In this document: piece by piece, positions 11,813 through 24,291 of the stretch | Position numbering within the stretch: the first letter of the stretch is position 1 | How the letters are laid out: every line of letters starts with the position of its first letter | Source: Squalus acanthias | Taxonomy: Eukaryota | Assembly (NCBI GenBank): GCA_030390025.1 | Contig: CM059425.1 | Location: 165,728,001-165,792,000 of the forward strand | DNA: 64,000 nucleotides | Direction of reading: 5' to 3' | Made by a program: the position numbers and the translations under genes | The notes under the pieces: model-generated | The model's database searches: none | The model's input: the letters and a program-made list of their open reading frames with translations, nothing else | What the model was told of the DNA's origin: nothing

Positions 11813-12847
11813 ATTGTATTCAAAGCTGTTCAGGAAGGTTTAAAAGATTTAAATAAGATAGCAGTTATGCTGAATTTTGAATTCAGCAGTTGTCATACAA
11901 ACTCTTTAAAGAGCTTCCTGACATTTAGCAGTCTAGGCGTTTCTTTAGTTCTTAGTTCAGTAGATCTAACGAAGAAAGGGTTACCTTTCTGTTTTGCTCT
12001 TTACTACTGTAAGTGCGTCTCCTTGAACCATCGAGCATTACTGGTGTTTGAAGACTTGGATAAAACTATCATCTATTCATCCTCTTTCCTTCTCTGTTGA
12101 GGGAATGGACATCAGATACAAGAAGGAAAAAAAGCAAAGCTAGAAACATCTACAAAAAAAAGCAAACAAGCATCCAAGTCGCATGGCATTTAGAAAAATA
12201 AAGCCTTTCATAGAAGTACTGGAAAATTTCTAAACATGTACAGTGTTTGTATTTATTCTGAATTTAGAGTTTTGCTGTTTAGGCTTGCTGGAGAATAACA
12301 ACTGAAGGCATCAAATGATCCGATGGACAAATCAAATTTAAAAAAAAAAAAACCCCAGTACATTGGATCAGGCACTCTGAGAACCTTCATCAGATTAGTT
12401 TAGAACCTGACTTTACAAATTAAACCTTTGAGGTGTGAGACAGCTAGAGCCTCATGGCCATTCACTTAGATTTGTTTTCTTTAAAAAAGCATAGGGAGAT
12501 TTTCCTCGGCTGTAATTGGGAAACACTGAGTCCCCAGGCGCAGCAGAGGACAGAGACCCATTGGCCTCGCTATTAACCGCCCATGACGGTCGGGGGTTAA
12601 AAGTGAAACAAACGGGGACCGAGTCCCCAACCTGCCGCGTACGCGCCCGTTGCCATTTTTCTGGCGACAAGTGTTCGAGGCGCCCGAATGTCCCACTGTG
12701 GTGAGGTGGGTCCACACTAACCTATGTAAATCGGCTCCCACAATGCACTGGGAGCCCGATTTTAAAATTGACTTGCTTCTGCACTTGTTTTCCAGGGGTC
12801 GAGAAACCCGATAGCGAAAGGAAGGCGGGAGCTGCCGGCTCCACAAG

Positions 12848-13848
12848 GGCCTATACTTTCTGGAGTTTAGAAGAATGTGAGGTGACCTCATTGAAACATA
12901 TAGGCCCGTATAGTCCAATCCCTACGGGTGGGTACGCGCTGTGTACCCACACGTAGGGACATCGGAAATGCCGGTTTCAGGCATGCACAGCGCATGCGCT
13001 GAAAACCGGCATTTCCGATCTGTCAAGAATGCTCGACAGATCGGACGCCTGCCCTGGAGAAGGGCCTCTGCGGGTGGAGAGTTCCACTTTCTGCAGAACC
13101 TCCGCCCGCAGAAAACCCTGAGAAATCTTACGCCTGGTAAGGCCTGCTTTTACCAGCATAAGAGTTGAAAAAAAGTTTTAAAAAATTTTTTACTCATTTA
13201 TCATTTAAAAATACTTTTTAAAATAGGTAAGTTTATTTTTAGCCCTGTTTAAAATATTTAATTTATTGTAATTTTAACTCATTTTAAAGACATGATTTAA
13301 AAAAAAAAAAATATTTCATGTTTTACTGAGTTTTTGGGGTGATCTCCATTCATATATTTGACAGGTCTATCTCTCAAAAGTATGAAGGGAGATTCCCTTC
13401 TCCTATTGGCTGGCCTGGCCCACGTGATCCCAGGGACGCTTACAAACTGCATGCGCCTCTGGGATACGTGGGCCCTGCACATTTCGAGTTTGGAGAAGCT
13501 CAGGAGCAGAAGTGTCCGGACCTCGGGAGCCCTCGGGTAAGTTTGTAGATTTTTTTCCGATAGGAGGCATCCGCATGCAGGAAGTCTCCTATCGGAAATT
13601 ACGGGCCATAAGATTCTGTGGAGGATTGACAGGGTAGATGCTGAGAGGTTGTTTCTCCTGGGTGTAGTGTCTAGAACTAGGGGACATAGTCTCAGGATAA
13701 GGGGTCAGCCATTTAAGACTGAGATGAGGAGGAATTTCTTCACTCAGAGGGTTGTGAATCTTTGGAATTCTCTACCCCAAAGGTGTCGTGGATGTTGATT
13801 CGTTGAGGCCAATTGGCCTACTCCTGCTCCTAATTCTTATGTTCTTAT
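12848..13848 (+). mobile_element. CR1 3' fragment split by a MITE
   Basis: 12848-12902 and 13608-13848 join to give GAAACAT-ATA-AGATTCTG as in the CR1 at ~33860. Ends in a TTCTTATG tail. Confidence 0.85.
12903..13607 (+). mobile_element. Harbinger-type MITE, diverged relative of the 765-bp family
   Basis: TIR GGCCCGTA / TACGGGCC. ATA TSD. Same hairpin order and AT-rich core as 58098-58862. Confidence 0.85.
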
Positions 13849-14339
13849 AGTGCCTTTTACAGCAGTGCTTGTGGGCCAGGAGGAGCAGGAGTGCTGCCCC
13901 CGGCCACTCATTGGAAGCCTTCGGCCTCCCCTTTGCCGATCGCAGCCTCTCTCTCGAGCCCCTGCAGATCTCCCACTCCTGCCCTGCCGCAATGTCCTCT
14001 CTTCGCCCTCTCCCAAGCCATGATGCTTCGCTCTCTATGCCACTATCGCGACCAATCTCTTTCTCTCTTTCTCCCCCCCTCCCCCCCCAGATTTCCGAGG
14101 CCCATCCTGGCGTCCTGCCACCGCAACTGGCCATATGGGTTTAATGTATAATGCATAAGAATCAGCATGACAACAGCTGATTCAAAGCCTGCAGCTACAA
14201 AGTGGGCTCAAGAGGAAAGCATTAAAATCAAATTTCATTTACCTTCATTGTATTAATTTTGTAATTTAACAACTAAGACCCATTACATTCATTAATTTAA
14301 CATTTAATCCACTACCCTGATCTGCATAATTACTATATT

Positions 14340-14989
14340 AAAAAAAAAGGATGAAGAAAAATTCAAAAGCAGCACTGGGATTTTTCAGGTCAAATTTATT
14401 CTCTCTCTCCCCCTCCTGTGCCGGAGAGATGCAGTGTACCCGAGGAGAAAATGCCCACATTTCCTGGCCTGGGTCACTATCATAGCAGGGCCCTGCGCTG
14501 GGAATGTGAGGGTGGGGAGGGGAGGAAGCATGGCTGGCTGCCAAGCAATGTTCCCTTTAATTTTTTTGGGGTGTGCAGCCCCTTCAAAATACCGTGCAAG
14601 CGCGGTTTTCCCATTTAAAAGCTTGTGAGCCAGCTGCGCGGGAGTTCCAGAGCGTCGCGCGGCCGTGCAGCTTAAAGAGAACACTGCTGCCAACCTTGGA
14701 GTCTTTGGGCTGCTGGTGGAGACCAAACTGAGAAGAAAAAGTCTGCAGCCGCTATCCATCCTTGGGTTGCTCTCGGCCTTCCCCCTCCCGCACCCCCACC
14801 CCACGAAACCTATGGTTCAAGTAGGGCCTGTCAAAGACCCCACACTTCCTTATTTCAGGCGCCCTGTATTTGGGCGCCCCTTGGATGGACAGAGGAAATG
14901 AATTGGGAGCACGCCCTCCTGTCGTTTTAATTCTAACGCTGTGTAGGCCCAGGTATGCTTAATCAGAGTCCCCCCGGAAATTCCAGGGC
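14340..14989. mobile_element. MITE-like remnant (one end visible)
   Basis: GC/CpG-rich block ending GGAAATTCCAGGGC, resembling the other Harbinger-type termini. Left boundary uncertain. Confidence 0.4.
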
Positions 14990-16327
14990 TGTGTAGCTAG
15001 GGTGAAAATCTGACATAATGACCCCAATATTTACTGGGAGGCGAGGAGGGTGAGGGGAGAACAAAAATGGCCACAGAACCCCGCATGGCTGGGAATGCGG
15101 AGGTCCTTACGAATTTAACAGCGGGACCACATTATCATTTTTTTCCTTCCATCTCCCGCAGAGCAGCCAGCTGCCGGGCAGGTAAATCAGCGGTAGGAAG
15201 CCGCAGCCAGATGATCTTGTGCTTCTCACTGTGTGGGGGTGAGGTAAGAAAAAAAAGGGAAGTAAACCATCAGTCTGGGCACTATCTGACTTCAAGAAAA
15301 GTTGTAGTAAACATGGGGTCTCAGCGAAGCTTTGCCCAATGTGAAAGCTGCTTTCGGTTTTCCTCCTTGGTCATTTGTCTATATGAGGAAGAAGTTCCCT
15401 TTCCATCACAGATCACCCCTTTTTGGGCTGCCTCTTCCACTTGAAGCCTTGTGGAAGCCCAGTTGTGCTTGGCGTTACAACAGACTGTTTGAAATATTAA
15501 CATGCAGTGTCAGTGGTGAGGATCATCGTACTGTCTTGGCTCTGCTGCTAGGTTTTGTGTTTATTTACTTTTGGGATGGTCTTGATTTTTTTTAAGTAAA
15601 TGAACCTTGCAAACTGGAGTAATGTAATTCATATCCAAAACTGTACCACTTTAAATACTGAAAACCTAACTAGGCTTGTTTTTGTGTAACGTGTTATAGT
15701 GTCATTTGTAATAGATTTCTACCTGTAGGTCTGTGCCTAAGCTTTGAAAAAACAATATATGATTTTTTTTTTTAAATGTTCTGAAAGTCCTAGATTTAGG
15801 TTTCTGACAGAGCACTCCTGAATTATAGATATATTTCTACAAATCTATCTGATCTATGTGTGGCTGAATTGTATGTCTTTCTTTAGCCATTACATATCTT
15901 GCTACTTTTTAATTTGAATAAAAAAACAAAACAAAACAAACCTAACGGTATTGAAGTACAAATTCAGCAGACACATTCGGTAACTCGAGTGCTTAAATCC
16001 TAACCAAAAGATGGCTGCATTTGGTTTTATTTTAGTTGACACAGCAGCTGCCAGAGACACAAACAACTGCAGCAAGGACAAATGTCTCATGAATTTGACT
16101 GGGGACTAGTGGGAGATGACTGCCCATTCGTTGAACTTGCCTGCCTCAAGATTTTTTTTTTTGGCAGTTTTATTATTATATATTCTCCAATGTTTTGAAG
16201 ATGAAATGCTGCATGGAAGAGATTCGAACATCCATTTTTGGGGGGAGGAGGGAGGGGAAAAGACTGGGAGTCTGCCTCAAATGACCTTTTTTTGCCAGCT
16301 GGTCTCGGAGGAAGGTTGACGACAGCC

Positions 16328-16343
16328 ATGGGATACTCTGTCT
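16328..16343 (+). CDS. Candidate first coding micro-segment (MGYSV + phase-1 intron) of an unidentified host gene
   Basis: Strong Kozak GACAGCCATGG followed after 16 nt by GTAAGG. YY1-like AAGATGGCTGC at 16008-16018 in unique DNA. No homology recognised. Confidence 0.3.
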
Positions 16344-17779
16344 GTAAGGACTAATTATTACAAAGACGAGAAACAAAAATAGCAATTTGGATGCTCAATT
16401 TTGTTATGTTTTTTGTTTACGTGAAGTTGATTAAAAGGCTTATTAGAGAACAATAGTTAGCAATTGTGCAATTATAAGATTAAAATGTTTAATCATAAGT
16501 GGCTGTAAATTAAAAGCACAAGGTAAAATGATCAGAAATAAAAGACATTATCTAGTTGCTGTTGCCATCATGAAGTTGAAGCATTTATCACTCTGAGTTA
16601 GGCACCAAGTGCAGGTGCACTAATGTGGTAAAACTCCTTTTTAAATGACAGTCTGTTAAAAAATTAAAATGTCCTCATTATTGTGCAATTAACATATTTT
16701 CTACTGGAATGCTTTGTATGGAAGTCATTTGCAGGCATTTTCTGGAATTCAGGGTCCTGAAGCAAATTTTCCATCTGTGCAGCACTTGAAACAGACCGAT
16801 GAGACCATTCCATGAACTTTAACAAGAGAGGCAGCTGTGAAAGCAAACTTTTGCAGTGGAGGTCACTCGGATAAATTGATGTTTTAAATGTTTGAAGCTA
16901 CAGACATGATCACTTTTTTTTTTGCTTTGTTTTTTCTTTAAAAGGAAATAAGTACAGAGCAGCAAGCTTATAACCCGACAAAATAATTTACCATTCCCAG
17001 CTGACCCAGTACTGTAATGCAATACAATTTATTTTGCATCTAAAGATACTGACCCAGTGTAGTCGAGTGCTAAATTATATAGCTGACTTTTCCACAGTTT
17101 TACTTGGACACCTACCAGAAATACAGACATAAGAGGTTGTGATTCAAAAATGTATTTATAAAGATGCAATTTTATATTTGGATTAATCTGATAGTTTAGA
17201 ACTGTTCAGAAGATCATGTGTTTATCTGGATAGATTCTTGCACTGTACAGCGATGATTATTAATGGCTTCATGTTTGCAATTAGTAAGAATCGGGACGTA
17301 CTACAAAATCATGCAGTTAAAAGTCCCTTATTGTACATACATTGCACTGATATTAAACAGTTATGTGTAGGAGTGCTATTTATTATCTATACAACAGTGT
17401 ATTTTTCATTAGAATCATTCCATCAGCTGGCTACACCGTACTCCAGGTCTGACATAATATTGCAAAATGATGTATTTTAAATACAGTATTGTTTCAGTAT
17501 ACGATCAATGCTGCAACAAACCGACAAAATTGAAGTGCCTGACCAAATGCCACAAACACATCTGCAATAATCATTATGTCAGCTCAGCTTGTAGAACTCT
17601 GACCATTTAGGCTAGAAGTTTGTGGATTCAAGGACTTGAGCATATGGATACATAAAAAAGAATACTTGAATTTAAACAACCATTTGGGGGCGGGCAGGGG
17701 AAAGAAGAGTTAAAATATCCCTTAAACTACAGGTTAGTTGTAGTTTTGAAACCTTTCCTAGTTTAGTTTGAAAATTAAT

Positions 17780-18160
17780 GGCCCAGAAATTGATCTCGCT
17801 CTGTTCCCGCGGGGTAATCGATGTCTCACTCGCTTATGCTTTTTTGATCCAGCACGCACGAACTGATTAGACATCAGCTGTGCTTGATCCAGCGGCGTAG
17901 TTAATTCGTGCGAGCTGTGGGATCACGTGACTCAGTTAGAGCCAATGGCAGCACCCATCTTCCATTCATGTCTCACTGTGAGACTTATGAATCTTACAAA
18001 ATAACAGCTAAACTCAATTAAATTTACCATCACATAATAAAATAGTATAATTAATTAAATTAACCATTTTAAATAAAAAATTTTTTGAAAAAATTTAAAA
18101 TCTTTAAAAAGTTATTAATATTTATTTGAAATCTTTAATTCTTGTAAGGTGCTAAACAAG
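17780..18160. mobile_element. Truncated Harbinger-type MITE
   Basis: Starts GGCCCAGAAATT. Contains GGGATCACGTG...GAGCCAAT and an AT-rich core like the 765-bp family. Cut off by the adjacent CR1. Confidence 0.6.
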
Positions 18161-18162
18161 CC

Positions 18163-19605
18163 TAAGGAGTAGGCCATTCAATCCCTGGATCTTGTTCTGC
18201 CATTCTGTTAGATCATGGCTGATCTGTACCACAACTCCATTTACCCACCTATGATCCATATTCCTTGATACCCTCCTCCTAATAAAAATATATTGATCTC
18301 AGTCTTGAAAATTTAAATTGTCCTAGAATCCACAGGCTTTTGGGGAGAAAGTTCCAGATTCCCACTACCCTTTGTGGAAAAAATGCTTCCTGATTTCGCT
18401 CTTGAAGGCCTAGCTCTAATTTTAAGATCATGCCTCATTGTTCTGGATTCTCCCACCAGAGGAAATAGCTTCTCTGCATCTGCCCTATGCTGTACCCCCT
18501 CCAAAGTTACTGGGCCAGAAATTTCGGCTTTCCGGCTTCCTGCGGGTGCAAGCATCGCGCGTGTACTTGCCTACCGCGCCTGCTGTTGTGCTTTGGGCCC
18601 ACGAGGACTTCAGCTCCTGGGCCTCCTGCAGCTGCCGGTGTGCAGTGCTTGCGTATCCCAGGGGCGCAGTTAGTTCGAAGCTGTCCCCTGGGATCACGTG
18701 GGCCATGGAGAGCCAATCCTAACAGGGCATTTTCATTCATAGATTTGACAGGAAGACCTGTCAAATCTATGAATAGAGATCGGCCCCAAAACCACACTTA
18801 AACTTCAAATAATTTTTTTTAAAAAATCACATTTTTAAAATAACTAAGTTAAATAAATTAACTACTTTAAACAAAAATTTAAATTTTTGAAAAAATTATA
18901 CTTTTTAACAGTGCTAAAAATAAACTTACCTTTCTTTAAAGTATCTAAAAAAGATAAACCTGTTGGAAAAAATGTTTAAATTGTAATTAATTAACCACTT
19001 GTTAAAAACAGGCCTTGCGCCTCCTTTTTAAAAGTGCAGCTTCTCCATACTTACCCTCCCGGAGAAACCTGAAAAAAAACCTGAAGTTCGCTGCGTGCGC
19101 GCAGCCCCTCCCGCGCACGCGTTCAACTTCTGAACCCCTTCCTTCAGGGGAACGGAAGTTCCGGTTTCCCGCGCATGCGCAGTGCATGCAGGAAACCGGC
19201 ACTTCAGGTGGCCTTACAGGTGAGTACACAGCGCATACTCACCCGACAAGAGCCGAATTTCTGGCCCATTTATATATCCTTCCTAAATTGTGGTGCCTGA
19301 AACTTAACGCAGAACTACAGATGGGGTCTGACCAAGGCTCTGTACAACTTAACTGCCTCTTTGTATTCTAACCCCCTTGATATAAAGGCCAAAATCCCAT
19401 TAGCCTTTTTAATTACTTTTTGTACCTGTGCACGAGCGGTTAGTGATTTGTGTACCTGGACACCCAAATCTCTTTCCTCCTCCACAATTCCTACTCTCTC
19501 GCCATTAAGAAAATGTTCCGATTTGACTTCCTTGGATCCAAAGTGGATGACCTCACACTTCCCCACATCGAACTCCATCTGCGATAGTTTTGCTCACTCG
19601 CATAA
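18163..19605 (-). mobile_element. CR1 3' fragment split by a MITE
   Basis: CR1 3' UTR at ~18165. RT C-terminus in ORFs 19315-19578 (KCEVIHFG, LYRALVRPHL) and 18313-18555 (KLFPLVGESRT). Confidence 0.9.
18512..19267 (-). mobile_element. Young ~765-bp Harbinger-type MITE
   Basis: TIR GGGCCAGAAATT at both ends. Flanks ACT/ATT. Near-identical reverse complement of 58098-58862. Confidence 0.92.
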
Positions 19606-20753
19606 TCAAACAATGGAAAATAGGTTTGCTACTCTAAGCATTGTGCTCTCTGCTTCTTTCTCATTAGTTGGTGTGCAGAATGATAATGGGATTTTCATTC
19701 TATCATCATGCCAAGAAAGCTTTTAGATCTTTGGAATCTTTTGAAATTGTATTTTTATTCAAGCCATTTCCTGACGTGGGTGCAAGATGATATTTATGTT
19801 AGCCAGGCATTCTTCACAGCACATGTATATTCTTTATAAAAGACTGATGGTAAGCAGTTTTTTTTAGATTTCTTGTTTTGCTACCAATTTAAGTAGCAGT
19901 AGAAGCTTTAAAAAAAAAAGGGTGCAAGAGACTGCACCATTGATTGACTGTATCCGTAGGAAAATGAGAGCATTTAAAATTATTTAAGCTTTTTTATTGT
20001 TTTGGCCATTTATTATGAACATTTTAAAATTAATTTATGTATTTTCATTCAAACTATTTTCAGAAATATTTCCGATTTTACCACAGTTTCAAGTGTTGAT
20101 GTGATCTCTTTCCTTCTCTGGTGTATTTAAAATTTTATCTATCAAAAAGTTTGTCTGTGTTGCCTGTCGTGGACATTAGTTTTCTTCAAACATCCGTCAA
20201 TTCTCCTGTTCCATATTGGTTAAGTGTTTTCTTCCTCATTGAGTAAGGGCGCAATTTTTTGACACCCGAGGAGGCGGGTTTGGAGGCGGGAAAATCGGCA
20301 AAAATGAGTGCAGGTTCGGAACCCGCCTTCGCGGGATTTTGCCGGTGCCGGTTTTGCAGGGCGGGAAACGGTCCCGCCTCCCGCTGGCCAGAGAGCTTGT
20401 TAAGAGGCTTAAATGCTCATTAAGGGCCTCTCTGAGCCTATTTTGAGAGGCCCTTGTTATTTTTCGACCATTTCAGCGTGTTCTACGACCCTCCTAAACC
20501 ACGCCAGCTAAACCTGGCGGGTTGACAAGTGGGTGGTCTCCTCACAGCTGCAGGACCAACATTAAATCAGAGATTTCATCAGGGATTAGTTGCAGGTGGC
20601 AGAACTTTGCTTTAAAAGGTCTTTGAGCACTTTTAGCAGGCCTTCCGCAGTCAGAGGTGCTGCAGCTTGAATCTATCAACTGTGGGACCTCCTTGGAAGA
20701 CCCTCTCCCCGCTTGGACTGAGCGCTTCCCCAACGGAGGCATCTGCAAGCAGC

Positions 20754-21967
20754 ATGGGAACCATTCATTTTCTTTCACCATGGACCTCAGATTCGGATGA
20801 GGAGCAGCCACGGCAGCAGCAGAACCAGGCAGCTCAGCAGCAACAGTAGCAGGAACCCCAACCTCCTGCTCAGCCACCTGATGCTGCACAGGGCAGAAGG
20901 CGTCAGCGCATGGAAGCACGTCGCCGCAGGAGATAGCCCCCGACAGAGGGTTTACAGACAGAGGATGAGCTACCTCAACATGAGTGAGCAGCAGTGCCAA
21001 AGAGGCTTAGACTTTCGCGAGAGGTTGTCCGAGAGATCTGCGGACTGCTGCAGCAAGACCTGGTGCCCAGAGGAACGGGTAGACACCCCTTACCAGTGGC
21101 TGTTAAAGTCACCACCGCACTCAACTTCTTTGCCTCCGACTCCTTCCAGGGATCATCAGCAGACATCAACAGCATCTCCCGGTCGGCCGCCCACAGTTGC
21201 ATCACGCAGGTTACCGATGCCCTTTTCGCTAAGGCTCACGATTACATCCAGTTCTCAAGGGATCAAGCAAGTATAACTGCGCGTTCGGTTGGCTTTGCAA
21301 ATATATGGCAGGCATGCCAATGGTGCAGGGCATCATAGACTGCACACATGTGGCTCTTAGGTCACCCCATCACAACCCAGCTATCTTTGTGAACTGAAAG
21401 GGCTTCCACTCCCTTAACATACAGCTGGTGTGTAACCACAAGAAGGAGTTTTTGCATGTTTGCGCCAAGTTCTGTGGTTGTTGCCATGACTCGTTCATCC
21501 TGCGGCACTCTAGTGTTCCTCCACTCTTCAATCCACCAAACCAACTTAACGGATGGCTCCTTGGTGACAAAGGCTACCCCCTGAAGAAGTGGCTAATGAC
21601 GCCGATCAGGAGGCCAGCTAACGAGGCTGAAGAGCGCTACAACACCAGCCACACTTCGACCAGGTCCATCATCGAGCAAACCATTGGGTTGTTGAAGATG
21701 TGCTTCCGATGCCTTGACCGATCAGGTGGAGCCCTGCAGTATACACCATACAGGGTCTCCAGAATGGTCGTGGTCTGCTGTGCACTGCACAACATCGCAC
21801 AGCGTCGTGGCTTGCAGCTTCCTGATGAGCAAGTGGCTCAGTTCCAGCCCTCCTCCGATGAGGAGCAGGAGGAGGTCAAAGCGCCAGTCTATCGACCAGC
21901 AGCAGCACGCGAGCACATGGCTACCCGTGATGCAAGGGATGAACTTATCCTGGCCAGATTTGCATAG
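20754..21967 (+). pseudogene. Harbinger DDE transposase (HARBI1-like family), disrupted
   Basis: [32 protein letters not shown] and CCALHN motifs. Frameshifts and an in-frame TGA at 21395. Confidence 0.92.
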
Positions 21968-21994
21968 GTTGCCCAAGTTGGCACATGTCCTTGG

Positions 21995-22080
21995 CTCCAT
22001 CTTAAGACATCACAGACAATGGACATGACTCTTTAGCCTCCATCTTAAGACATCACAGACAATGGACATGACTCTTTAGC
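21995..22080 (+). repeat. 43-bp perfect tandem duplication
   Basis: CTCCATCTTAAGACATCACAGACAATGGACATGACTCTTTAGC occurs twice in tandem. Confidence 0.95.
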
Positions 22081-22243
22081 CTACTTTCACTCTGGCCACC
22101 AACCTGACAATGCAAGTGTCGCGGAGCTCGCAATGTGGAGCTGCCTAAGGCGAAAGAACAGATGCCATAATGCCAACATTTTGGCATCAAATCATTTTAA
22201 TACTTTCCAACAGGGATGGCATTTCATCAATACACAGAAACAT

Positions 22244-22435
22244 TCACCCAATCTGCACACATCTGGAGGTTATATCCCTTGCCAGCTGGACCCACACAGC
22301 CTTGGTTTCTTTGGGAGGCCTCTTCCTCCCAGATGAGTGGAAGAGCACCTCCCTGCGAGCTCTCACCCCCTCAACCAACATTTGCAGCGCCTCATCCGAG
22401 AACCTCGGGGAGGCCCTTGCCTTGGAATTGGACAT
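22244..22435 (-). pseudogene. Harbinger Myb/SANT-like protein N-terminal fragment
   Basis: RASPRFSDEALQMLVEGVRARREVLF...W is homologous to the 62320 copy. Truncated before the WxQCRKRF helix. Confidence 0.85.
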
Positions 22436-23477
22436 AGTGGTTTCTCAGAATATGTTGCAGATGGTGCAGCATCAGCAGAAATCCAGTGGAATGATCCAAG
22501 GCAGCAAGCAGCCCTAAAATCAGGCTGGAATCGTGATGTCAGCAGAGGCGAGTTTCAGTCCCAAAACACTAATTGACCAAGGGCATCCCACACCTCTGAA
22601 ATCAACTGGCCAATCAGGGGAAAAATTGCAATTTTTTGAAAACTATCAGTGGAGGCGGGTTTCAAACCCACCCAAACCGAAACCCGCCTCCAGTGGGAAA
22701 ATCGCCCCTTAAGTGTCTGTCTGTCTGTCTTTATCTCCTTTCTTAACTATTTTCTGCTTTCATAATTCACCAAACATGATGGACGTTTCCTATCCCACCT
22801 TCCAGTCCCTCCAACATCTGCCTATTTCTTCCTCTCCACCCACCTCCATGAAAAATCAAAAACCTCCACTCTAGATGAATCTTTCCCCCACTAGCAGACC
22901 GCAAGATATCATCCACAATTCCAGGGCTGGGGCCAACTCAGGCACGATGTAAAAAATGTTAATACACATGCATGTTGACCACTCCCTCTTGGTGTGCCCT
23001 TTTGGTGCCGCCTCTGCCCGCTTTGTGCTCTATCCTGTCGCCACAGCTCCCTGCTTGGTACCTACTCTGAGGCTATTTGCTCTGTCCTGTCACTCTCTGT
23101 AGCTGTAGCCCCGATCCTGTTGTGAGACATTGCTGAATTAAAAGTCAGTAGTTGCAGCTCAGTGAAGGAAAAGAACACAATTAGCAGAAATCACTGGAGT
23201 GATGGGCAAAGCATCGGGAACAGTGAGAAACACAAAGATAACAAAACGCAGGAAGGTAGTAACAGTGAGACAAAGAGCAAGTCTGACAGGTCAGGTTGCA
23301 AATTACTTAGTCCATACTTACATTAAAATAAATTTGGTTCCAAAATTTTAAAGGAGGGCATGCTATTGCTAGTTTTATTCAGGCATTTAAGTTGGTAGCT
23401 TGCCATCAAAGGTAGACAAATGTGAGAAGTCGCACAACACCAGGTTATAGTCCAACAGCTTTATTTGAAATCACAAT

Positions 23478-24243
23478 AGGCCAAAAATTCGGCCCTTCCC
23501 GGGTGAGTACACAGTGCGTACTCACCCGTAATGCGTCCTGAAGTGCCAGTTTCCTGCATGCACTGCGCATGCGTGGGAAACCAGAACTTCCGGTCTGGTG
23601 AAGGGGGCGGTTCCTAGGTGAACCGCGTGCGCGGTAGAGGCTGCGCGCACGCAGCAAACTTAGATTTTTTTTCAGGTTTCTACGGGAGGGTAAGTAGTGA
23701 AGAACCTGCGCTTTTAAAAAGGAGGCGCAGGAGCCGTTTTCAACAAGGTAAGTGGTTAATTAAGTATAATTTAAAAAAAATTTCAACAGGTTTATCTTTT
23801 TTAGATACTTTAAAGAAAGGTAAGTTTATTTTTATCACTTTTAATAAGTATTTTAATTTTTTCAAAAATTTAAATTTTTGTTTAAAGTAGTTAATTTATT
23901 TAACTATAGTTATTTTATAAATGTGATGGTTTTTAAAAAAAAATTATTTTAAGTTTAGCTGTTCTTTTGGGGCCGATTTCAATTCACAGATTTGACAGCT
24001 CTTCCTGTCAAATCTATGAATGAAAGATGGTCTGCTGCCATTGGCTCTCCATGGCCCACGTGATCCCAGGGGACGCATCGCACTAACTACGCCCCTGGGA
24101 CACGCAAGCACTGCGCGCTGGCAGTTGGAGCAGGCCCAGGAGCTGAAGTTCCCGTGGGCCCAAAACACAACGGCAGGCGCGGTAGGTAAGTGCGCGCGCG
24201 ATCCTTACCCCCGCGGCAAGCCGGAGAGGCGAATTTCTGGGCC
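23478..24243 (+). mobile_element. ~765-bp Harbinger-type MITE
   Basis: Colinear with 58098-58862. AAT TSD. Confidence 0.92.
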
Positions 24244-24254
24244 AATATGTGACT

Positions 24255-24291
24255 TCACCTGACGAAGGAGCAGCGCTCCGAAAGCTTGTGA
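24255..24291 (+). ncRNA. Minimal type I hammerhead ribozyme
   Basis: TCAC-CTGACGA-A-GGAGC-AGC-GCTCC-GAAA-GCTT-GTGA. Stem I TCAC/GTGA. Predicted cleavage after 24287 (CUU). Confidence 0.85.

Larger units (their letters stand above)
12562..14112. mobile_element. GC-rich non-autonomous DNA-element remnant, split by nested CR1 and MITE
   Basis: CpG-rich halves 12562-12847 and 13849-14112 flank the CR1 piece. CCAGGAGGAGCAGGAGTGCT is shared with the element at 45323-46033. Ends approximate. Confidence 0.5.
20247..22709. mobile_element. PIF/Harbinger transposon, internally deleted
   Basis: Ends GGGCGCAATTTT and AAAATCGCCCCT. TAA TSD. Repeated subterminal GGAGGCGGG motifs. Transposase on +, Myb-like fragment on -. 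Confidence 0.9.

Noticed and set aside
12283..12432. Candidate + strand internal exon (good acceptor, GTGTGA donor)
   Set aside because: Stops in all three frames and a weak donor. It could only be a UTR exon, and there is no evidence for that.
20754..21967. Domesticated host gene HARBI1 (also 56697-57899), or NAIF1/MSANTD-type genes for the Myb ORFs
   Set aside because: Both copies have stops and frameshifts and sit inside TIR/TSD-bounded elements, so they are transposon relics.
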